Assembly: GCF_006345805.1 (NCBI RefSeq)
Contig: NW_021836000.1
Location: 221,407 to 285,406 of the forward strand
Reading direction: 5' to 3'
Source: Octopus sinensis
Lineage: Eukaryota
DNA length: 64,000 nucleotides
Part shown: positions 54,206 to 64,000 of the stretch, piece by piece
Layout: the number at the start of each line of letters is the position of its first letter
Position numbering within the stretch: position 1 is the first letter of the stretch
The notes under the pieces: generated by a model
Database searches by the model: none
Told to the model about the DNA's origin: nothing
What the model saw: the letters and a program-made list of their open reading frames with translations, nothing else
Position numbers and translations under genes: made by a program

Positions 54206-55429
54206 ATGTATTTTTTTTAAATTCCCTGTCAAACAATAATAATATCTTTATAGCTTTATTAATAAAATTTCCGTTTTTTAATGTGCCGATTGACGTTTCA
54301 GATTGAAGCTGAGCTGTTTGTTAATTTTTTTGAAATTAATTTTTTAAGATCAATTATTTAGAAGAAAATCGTTTTGGCATTTGATCAGCTGAATAAAAAC
54401 ACTTGTGTTTCAAATATATTGAAAATATGATTGTCAAAATGGGATTAGATATTTTTACTGTAAATTTTCGTTGTCATGTGTACATTCTCTTATTAAATTT
54501 ACAGGTAGTTTTTATTATTTTAAAATAGTTAATTTATAGCTTTTATATTTAAACCTCGGATTTTTGTTCTGTAATCTATACATTTCGAAATTTTCTTGAA
54601 GGGCTTAGTGACGCTAAAGAGTGCCTTATTATTATAATAGTGCCTTATTCAGCTTGGTTTAGTCATAAATTTTGAATTTTTTATTGAAGATTTTCGAATC
54701 CGAATAAAGTTGTCTAAAAATCGATTTTCGTTATTATGTGCAAACTGTTCCGATGAGGATAAAAGAATGCCAAAATCGGTAAAAATAATGAATTAAAAAA
54801 TTAAAAATTAACTCAGGATTGAATTATATCGGCACATATTTTGCAGCATCTCTTTTAGTAATAAAAATACAGGTTTTTTTTATTATGCCCCTCAACTTCT
54901 GAAGATTTCATACATTCACATACCAAATACCTTCATTCTACAACTAATCAGACAGTCAGTCTTAGGCTATTAAAATATTTTAATTACTATAGCAATTTGG
55001 AAAACCGGTTACTTCAGTGCGCTATATACAATGTTTTCGTAGCAAAAAAACCATCGTTTCGAATTCAAACTTCGCGTTTGAATAAATTTCTTGTTTATTA
55101 GTCAGACGTTGGCAAATAAGTCGATATAATAAGACATGTGGATAGTTACAATCAAGTCTATTTTTTCGGATTAGTACAGAGCCTTTCTGAACTTTCTAAC
55201 ATAGAGACATATTAAAAAACAAACTTCAACAGGGTTTTCAATATTCAGAACATTTTATGAAAATTGTTAAGTTCTTGTGAATATTGAATAAAGTTCATAA
55301 GAAAAATTTATACAAATATTAGAATTAATTTATTTACATATTTTTTGTATTAATACCGGCAAACCTAAATAAAAAAATTGTATTATTGCAACAGTACTTA
55401 ACTCTTACACGTTGTGATCTATATTAGAA

Positions 55430-58284
55430 ATGTCAACAGCCAGTAGACTACCACGAACAGTACTCCCCTCTTTATACAACATACTCATTAATCCGGACTT
55501 AATAAATTTCACCTTTTCCGGAAAAGTTGACATAAATTCAGTCGTTAATGAACCTTGCCGTTTCGTAAGATTGAATTCCCGTGACCTCGAAATCACAAAA
55601 GCAGCCATTATTCAAGGAAACAAGACACTTCCAGCCACATGGGAGTACAACATCCGAGCTCAGACAGTCGACTTGCTCCTCCAGGATAATCTAGTACACC
55701 AATTTTTGCTAATTTGCCAGAATCCCGGACCAGCTAACATTATATTGGAATTCAATGGTCTAATCGGGAATAAAATGGAGGGATTTTATAGAATAAAATA
55801 CAATCTTAACGGCGAAGAAGTTTACGGGGCGTCCACCCAGTTCGAGGTATTCAAATTTGATCATTTTTTAGCCGATTGACGCACGAAGAGCTTTTCCTTG
55901 TTTTGATGAACCCGACATGAAGGCTCAATTTCGCCTATCCATAATATCCCCTCCAAATAGAACTGTCCTTTCAAATATGGTCTTTAATCCACCAATAAAT
56001 CACAGGAGGTTGAGAAAACAACGGTCCTTGAGGATGGAAGACTCCTAAAAGAGTTTGGAACAACACCTCGAATGTCTACGTACCTGGTGGCCTACATTAT
56101 TGGGGATTTTGAATATGTGGAGAGACGGAGTGATCGGGGAGTCCGAATAAGGATATACACCCCAGTGGGACGGACAGAAGAGGGGATGTACGCTTTGGAT
56201 GTAGCGGTCAAATCTTTGTCGTTTTATGAAAATTTTTTCGACTTGGAATATCCACTTCCTAAGCTCGATCTTGTCCCTGTCCCCGATTTTTCGGCAGGTT
56301 TGTAAAAATGGGTGACAAAATAGGGGCAATGGAGAATTGGGGGTTGGTCACATTCAGAGAGACCACAATCCTTGTTGACCAAACGCTTAGTTCGGCTAGA
56401 ACCAAGTCGTACGTAACGACTGTTGTAGCACATGAGTTGGCACATATGTGGTTTGGGAATTTAGTAACGATGGTATTATTTATAATATAGTTGTGGTAGA
56501 GGTGGTGGACTGATTTGTGGCTGAATGAAGGATTTGCTACTTTTATGGAATATTTCTGTTCTTCCCGATGTTATCCGGAATATAATTTCCAGGCAAGATT
56601 TCTAACAGGTGAGTTTATGGATTCCATGAATGTGGATACTCGTTTAAACACCCACCCTGTTGAAGTCGCCGTTGATGACCCTTCCAAGATTGATGAAATA
56701 TTTGATGAGATTTCCTACTCCAAAGGGGCCTCAGTTATAGCTATGCTTTTTTATTACATTGGGGAGGCTGGATTCAGGACTAGTCTGAGGTCTTACCTTA
56801 CCAAATATTCCTACCAAAATACTGAAACACGTGACTTGTGGATTCTTTTAAGGAATGTGGTTTTAATGTGGAAGGGATAATGAATACGTTTATTCACATG
56901 CCAGGATATCCCGTCGTGTCCGTGAGTTGTGATTCAGCCCAGGATGGATCTCTTGTTATGGTATTGGAACAAAAACGATTCACATTATTGTCTGGAAGGA
57001 CTGGTTCTGGAACATTCGAGAACGGGGAAAGAACATTCTGGAACATTCCAGTAGGTTATTCTACTGAGAGTGGAGCTGGGAATATTAATTATGTGCTCTT
57101 GGAACAGCCTCGACAAGAGTTTGTTCTCAGAGATGTCATCGACTCTCAGTGGATTAAACTCAACGCAGGAGTCCATGGATTCTTCCGAGTTCAATACTCA
57201 GCTCCACTGTTTGCCAAATTGTTGGATTCTGTGTCCAACATTCCAATAAACGACTGTATTTCTCTCCTCAGTGACACATATGCTTTGGTATTTCACATTG
57301 TTCTATTTCAGGGGCTGTGTGGATATATTCCAATGGAAATGCTCTTCCGATTGACAGAAATGTTTACAAAGACATACGAACTTTCTATTTGGGAAGTGAT
57401 TTCTGATTTCGTTCGTGACATAACCAGGATTGTGAGTGGCACTCCTGTGGACGGTCAGTTTACACTGTACGTACGCCGACTACTGATGTCTGGAATATTC
57501 CAATATGTGGGGTGGGATGTCCAGCCTAATGAAACACATGAAATCTCTCTTCTTCGTAATGTTGTATTTGGGATGATGGCACGTTACGGGGATGACCAAT
57601 TCCAATCTCAATGCAGGCAAGTGTTCGAAAGGATACTCCAGACAGATGCCTCCGTAGCCATAGTAGACCCAAATATACTTTTGCCAGTATCATAAAAGAG
57701 AGTAATATATAGATATATCAATGTGTCATGTCTTGTGGGACTTTGAAGGATTTGAACGACCTGATGGAGTATTATGAGAAGGTTGAGAGAGCAGAGTCCC
57801 GAAAGAACATAATTCAGGCAATCGGATGTTTGAAATGTCCGGGAGGGCTTGTTCGGATATTTGAAATCCTTACGAGTGTTGGAATAAGTGTTATGGCATT
57901 AACAGGGCAAACTGCGTTCTCAGGACATTGTCTACCTGTTGAGAGGACTGGGAGTACGGCCTGAGAATTCGTCAGAACTGTGGACGCTTTATAAACAAAA
58001 TTATGACTATTTGCTTAGTGCAGTTCAGAATTCGACAATGACTAATTCTATTAAAGTATTTGGTTGTTATTAGTTGGTAGATCGTGTCGACTTATTTGAA
58101 GACGGCAGATCAATTGAGGGATTTTAATGTAGAGGAGTTGTTAGTATTTTAGGAATTTTTTTCGGGTAGATCTGAGGGAGTAGAAATGACTATTGCTCAG
58201 TGTGCAGAAGAAATTGGTGAGCTGGAGATGAGATTCCAAAGACATATGCCTGCTTTAGAGGCTTATTTCAATTCTGTTCAGTAA
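55430..58284 (+). CDS. NPEPPS: M1 (puromycin-sensitive-like) aminopeptidase with 9-10 micro-introns
   Basis: [36 protein letters not shown] and ISYSKG. Introns at 55847-55871, 55980-56005, 56298-56323, 56473-56499, 57288-57311, 57687-57712, 57878-57905, 58056-58080 and 58129-58152. One missing G near 56840. Confidence 0.93.
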
Positions 58285-58439
58285 TTTCTGGTTTACTTTG
58301 GTTTCAATTTTGTTTTTGAATATCACTATTTTTTGATCTCGATTTCTTAATTTGTGTTATTTAAAATGCGAAAAATGAACAACAATTTTCACGATTTTAA
58401 CGAAAATTAAAAATTACACGAAATTAATTTTTGGCCAAA

Positions 58440-59090
58440 AAACATCTGGAAAAACTCTGTAAATGAATAAAGAGTCCCCCATCAGAATCTTCAAATAGTC
58501 TTTGCAGATATTTCTCTCTCTCTTTGTTGTACTCTCAACCTTCTCCCCATACATATCTTCGTTGAGGAATCCTATCAACGTCTAGGTTTCCTTCGTCTTC
58601 TTTCCACAACACATCATCCTCAGTACCATCCAGCTTATTGGTGAGGCAACATTTCTTCAAGCCTCTGGTAATGATGTCAGGCTGCAAAACGTCCCAACTC
58701 TCCTAGATCCACTGTGTGACTAGCTGCAGTGATGGCTTTCTAGTTGCCACTTGCTGTAAATGTTTTCTCAACTGAAGCCATCCGTTGCGCCCATAAACTT
58801 ATAGCAACAACATGCTGATGATTTGAAGTCAGAATACTTATTGGTTTTGATTATGATTTTCAGGCCGAGGATACTCAGCTCAACTGTATTGATGACACAC
58901 CTTGCAGTTCTTCTCTCAGAAATCGTTTTAAGAAGTACCCAATTGCTTTAGGATTTCCACATGTTAACAAAAGTTCTTCCTACTTGTTGATTAAATACAA
59001 AAGTGCCATTTCATCGTGAAAATTAGCCGACCGTTAATCATTTGAGCATCCTCGACGTAAGCAGGCTCCAGTCCATGAGGAAAGACAACT
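58440..59090 (-). pseudogene. pogo (POGK-like) transposase C-terminal remnant
   Basis: SWDVLQPDIITRGLKKCCLTNKLDGTEDDVLW. Confidence 0.8.
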
Positions 59091-60799
59091 TGTTTACTCT
59101 GAGTTTGTTTACATAATTTAATGCCTTTTTCTTTTCGATTTTTTCTTTATATTTTTAGTTTTTTGATACTGTTTGGTTAATATTTCACAATTTAGATTTT
59201 CTACAGGCTCTCACGAATTTTCTGAGCTGAAAATGAATGAGAATGATTTAACTTTAGAAATCCTTTCCATGAAACCAAATAATACTCTTTTCCTTCTAAT
59301 ACTAAATGTTCAAGAAGTGACTCCACTTCGTAATCCATTTGATAAATATTTATTTCGTAAAACAACAAATATTAAAATAAAAAAATAATGGAAATATATT
59401 ATCTAAAAATATTTTATTCCTAGCGATTTTGCTAGTTTTAAATGGTGACCAAAATTAGTCACTTATTTCTTCAAAATTAGTCAAAAAAATAAAAAAAAAT
59501 TATATTTTCGGGATATGAATCGAGGATCACAGGGATCATAATTAACTGGTTTACTGTGGTCCTTTGATCAATAAATTTCTAATTTCATTATATTTTCCTC
59601 AAATTTTCAACAATCTGTTTTTTGTTCAATTTCATTTTTGGTAGCTTTCACTCTAACAGAGAATTTACAAAAAACGTTAATGTTTGTTTATATGCGGTTT
59701 AAAAGCTAATTTCTAGAGCACCAATAATCGACGTTAAAGCTCGGAAAACGCATATATTATTTATTAGCTCGGCATCTCGCTTCGCTCATCGCGACCTAGC
59801 TCCTGCGGAGAGTCTGTTTCATCAAACAACCATAAGTTTATGTAAATATATTACCTGTTGATAAACGATGTTTGTGGTCCGTTCTTCCTTGGAATATATG
59901 AATACATTTTCTCTTCTACTTACCCTTGAGCATCCCACAGCCATCGAAAAAGCACTTGCTCTCTAAAAATAAGCCAACTACCTTTAACGACTGTCTCTGC
60001 ACATTTTTTATTGTCATCCAAAACTTATCTTCAACGGAAACAGATAAACTAACAGAAAAACCAGATAACTAACACATTAAATAGATAACTAAAAATTAAT
60101 TAAGTGGTCAAAGAACCAACAGGGATTGAATAAAAAATTAACAGTTTTAATTAAATACCTTAACCGCAGTTTTTTTCCAGCTTTGTTTTCATTTTTTCAG
60201 CTTCGTTCTTCCCACTTCTGTCATCTATTGAAAAATTATTTTTGGATAATAAAAAAGATTAGGAAAAAGGCGACCAAAAATAAATTCTATCTTTTCTACG
60301 GAAATTCTTCTAAATGCGCTGTCAATTGGTAGTTAATTGTGTTAATGCCATTTACATCTGCTTTAATACTTGTCTAATTCAAGAATCTATTGAGAAATTA
60401 GTACTTGACAAAATGCAATGTATTAACAAAACTAGTTATCTCAAAATGTTAAATTTTCTAACCTGCACATGATCAATTATTGAGCAATTATTTATATTAT
60501 TTGAAGAAATACCAAAAAAGGGATCATTAATGATTTGGATTGATGTGTAACATACCACTGACATACCACAAACAAAGTCATTGAAGAAGTCGCTACTAAT
60601 AATTGCTACGAGACATTTTTTCAATAATTTGCTTTGATCTTTGTAAAAAATAATTTAATACCTGATTGCGGGAATTTAGATTATAAATTCTTTTGACACT
60701 CTGTTTATAGACCTGCACATCTAACATTTCAACAACTTGATGTATTATTATTACTATCAGAGGATCGACAATGTCAACAAAAATTTCAATCAAAAAAAG

Positions 60800-61032
60800 A
60801 AGGGATTTTTAATCAAAGAAATTTTACCGGAACAAGATATAAAACCGTCGGGGAATTCTATACGGATATCAAAAAAGAAAGGGTTAAAAAATAAAGAATT
60901 ACAAAAGAAAGAATCTAAAAACAGCACATTATTGCTATGCAGTTATTGTGGGAGAGGATATGGTTTTAAAAGTGCATTAAAGATGCATGTGCAAACGCAC
61001 CTTCTGCTCTGTAAATGTAAGGTGTGCGGAAA
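60800..61032 (+). pseudogene. Snail/Scratch-type C2H2 zinc finger fragment, truncated
   Basis: CSYCGRGY..KSALKMHVQTHLLLCKCKVCG resembles the Snail signature ALKMHIRTHTLPCKC. It stops at pogo sequence. Confidence 0.7.
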
Positions 61033-61839
61033 CTGTATTGATGACACACCTTGCAGCTCTTCTCTCAGAAATCTTTTTAAGAAGTTCTTCCTCGAACTCC
61101 GGGAACATTGCTTTTCTTCCTAATGCTTTTGCTGTTGCTTTTTCTATCAGTGATGAGTTTTTCTTCTTTCTCCAACCACGGATTTTAATTTGACTAATAT
61201 TGAATTTTCTTCCAGCTTCTCTGTTGCCCTCTGCTACTTTGATGACTTTTGAACGCTGCGGTACAACTTGCTCTTTTTGATGCCATATTGCTTGTACAAT
61301 GTCTAAAACTGAACTGAGACGAGTACGGGGATAGAAGGGGTAGTGGTGATTCCGACTTTATAATTTTCGATCGGCTTTACGAGATGACGTAAAATCGAAA
61401 ATTTATATTCGTAGCCAGCGCGGCAGGCCTCGAAACTCAATCAATCAACCAGCGCTGTCAGGGTAAGTCATAGTGTTTTTATACTGTTACAGGAAAAAAT
61501 AATGGCATAGTCTATTTGTCTCCATTGCACTCTACTTTCCAGGTTATTAATGCATGATAGTGATTTTTGTGAGGGTTGACGATCTTTAATATATGTGTAT
61601 TTTGAATTTAAAGTTGGAAATTGCACAATTTCCGTCCGTAAAGTAAGTTTGACAATCTGTCGAAAATTTGTAATTTATTTTGATTATTGATTATAAAGCG
61701 CACCCAATTTATTGGAATTAATTTTTTTATATTTAAATTTTGAATTAGATGATTCATTAAACAGTATTATGTTTTTTTATGACATTTTTGAAATTAATTA
61801 TATGGCAAAAATCTGCGTGTCATAATCGAGAAAATACGG
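61033..61839 (-). mobile_element. pogo 5' portion with terminus
   Basis: End TA|CCGTATTTTCTCGATTAT and an N-terminal HTH remnant (IRGWRK...GRKAMFPEFEEEL). About 50 nt is shared with 58885-58935. Confidence 0.7.
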
Positions 61840-61899
61840 TACTTTTAAATTTGTAAAAATGATTAAATAAATACGATGGAACTTGTCTAAACCGAGTAC

Positions 61900-62340
61900 G
61901 ATTCTATCGTTATCTGGATTACCAGCATTACCAACATCTGCTTTTTCACCACAAATGGAATAAGCTTCAATGAAATAGTATCACTTCCAGGAATCTATAC
62001 CCAGCCATTGGATACTTTGAGATCATCAAAGCCAAGGGATTTTGCAGATAAAATTGCTTTCGTCTGAATGATAGGTCCAGATATCACATAGTAAAGAGAT
62101 CTGAAGCCGTTCCCGAGTGAACTTATAATTGCAATTAAAATATTTTTCTTTGTGTTCAATTGTCATGTATATGTCCAAATATTTATTATAGTTTTTCAGG
62201 AAATCCGATATAGTGCTAGTTCCAATACCATATTTTTTGCTTAAATCTCTCTGTGTTAACGTGGTGTGAATTGAACATATTTTATGAGATTAACATTATC
62301 AAGTTTACAACAAGCACGTTTCATTTATATACAATGTCGA
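61900..62340 (-). pseudogene. Tigger CENP-B HTH remnant
   Basis: KKYGIGTSTISD and ISGPIIQTKA...KVSNGW. Confidence 0.7.
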
Positions 62341-63234
62341 ATTTTGAAATCTATTTACCTTAAATTTATTATTTTTTAATTTTTTTAAATAACAGATATC
62401 ATTAATGCCTCATTTCCGGTTGCATAATGTTAAAAGAGCAGCTGGGACTTGGCATAACGGCTGGTGTTAAAAATATAGAGGATCCTAATAGAGAGGTAAA
62501 ATTTATATTGAAAATATGTAATAATCTTATTTAACATATATATTGTATAAATATTAATTTTTTTAATAAATATTATATTCATTAGTTTATTCAACCACGT
62601 TATTATGTTCTTGTAGTGTTGCTGTTATTGACAGATAATTTTTTATTCATTATTTGTTTAAAGATATTTGTGTATATGCATTTTATTGCAAATTAAATTT
62701 TGGCTACATCTAAAATAACTTGAAATAAGTTATTTTACAAGTTAATTTGTGTCCATTTTTAATTATTTAATTTCAATTTAATGCATTTTTTAAATAACAT
62801 CTCTTTTTTATTCATATATTTTTGTTAATTTGTATATTTATCGACTTTTCTTAATCAAAATCTGATTAAATTGCTCGAAAATATTTCTTGTTAATCTACT
62901 TATTTATAATGTATTAGCTGTAAGTTGTTTTTCTGTATAATTTCTTTTATCGATAAATTTTCATATCAGAAATTTGGGTGTAGAATATTTGAAAAACCAG
63001 AATATTATTTAAAGCTTATTCTGGCTTCAACAAAAAAGGATTAATCATCCAAGATGGAATTTCTAATTCAAGAATATCTTGGAATCGGAGAATCTATACT
63101 GAATAAATGTTGAAAAATGTTGTCAATATCTTCATCATCAAATGTGACTAATTGATTGGAATTCTGGAATGTTATAATAATTTCTTTTTTCCAAATAGGG
63201 ATAATTTAATAAAAGTTACTGTAATTTACTAGAA

Positions 63235-64000
63235 GTTAACAAAGCCATCTATCCGAAGTGGACCCCGCCAACATAATTGACGATGCGTTGCCTCTCACGA
63301 TAGCAACGGAGATCAACTGGAGAAGCCACATTATTTTTCGATAAACGAACAATTATTGTCAGTATTATGTTTATGATAGGTCGAGGGCCCTCCGTATGAT
63401 GTCATTCATAGCAATGACATGAATGACCCTCGGGAAACGTCCGGCACTCCTCTTGCACGATAAAGGGTGCAGACCGAAAGGGTCAACAGTGCAGCCACAG
63501 CGGCACGTGTGCGGGACACATTGCCTTAGTCCGAGGCGCAGAGAGACTCCAATCCTTACCGATTCATCGTCAAGGAGAGTGCCAGATGGGGCGTTCGGGA
63601 ATGCACAAAGCCAAGCTCCGCTAGCCGGGGATGCTTCCGACAGAAGGCAAGCGCGGCGGTTCTGGTTGGACGACTCGAGCAGCAGATTGAAAATTTGCTT
63701 GCATCTAATTCGATCCCAGGCTCGTTGAGACATTCGATCTTCCGGAAAGTCAAGACCTTGTTCCCTCCAGACTTCGCTGAAATGAGCCACATTTGTGTCC
63801 AAGGAAAATTCAGAAAAGGAGCGTAGAATTTCCATGACAAGTGTGTGGCTCGCGGAGACGGAAGAGAGGAAGCAGGGTAAGATAGGTCGGAACATGAGCG
63901 GATGCCGAGCCCTCCAAAAGATAACGGGAGGGTTGCCTGTCTCAACCCATGTCATCGAGGGGAATTGCATATGTTCTGAGTGCAAGTGCGGATAAGGAGG
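63235..64000 (-). mobile_element. CRE-like non-LTR element, internally deleted, running off the window
   Basis: QATLP..FGGLGIR, SGAWLCAFP, CRCG..HPLSC..R, and a 3' tip ISVAIVRGNAS. Confidence 0.9.

Noticed and set aside
57288-57311. A rule that introns of 3n length always contain stops
   Set aside because: This 24-nt intron and 23448-23477 contain no stop, and the sample is too small.
1-64000. Alternative nuclear genetic code
   Set aside because: In-frame stops are explained by introns, indels or decay, and genes end in TAA/TAG at the expected positions.

Overview
This is AT-rich eukaryotic genomic DNA read in the standard genetic code (TAA/TAG are stops). Genes are compact and split by very short spliceosomal introns of 22-33 nt. 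A Snail-type zinc finger and the ciliary gene EFHB point to a ciliated animal, and the intron size fits a dicyemid mesozoan (inference). Host genes are PGM3, a fragment of arginyl-tRNA synthetase, IQCC-like, ICMT, an LRR protein, TMEM53/DUF829, EFHB, an M1 aminopeptidase and a truncated Snail-like zinc finger. Much of the rest is transposon-derived: Tigger/pogo, Merlin plus a MITE, three Buster-type hATs with perfect 8-bp TSDs, Ginger2-like, and CRE-like, R4-like, RTE and Jockey/L2-like non-LTR fragments. Four observations stand out: (1) DNA transposases of four superfamilies carry host-sized micro-introns, and one hAT is intact once spliced; (2) intron 3' ends appear to be chosen by length; (3) an RTE insertion shows a complete twin-priming 5' inversion with TSD; (4) a Ginger-like element carries telomere-like repeats. 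Many genes have 1-nt homopolymer indels that are probably assembly errors. All family calls are from motif recognition by eye, with no database search, and some boundaries are approximate.
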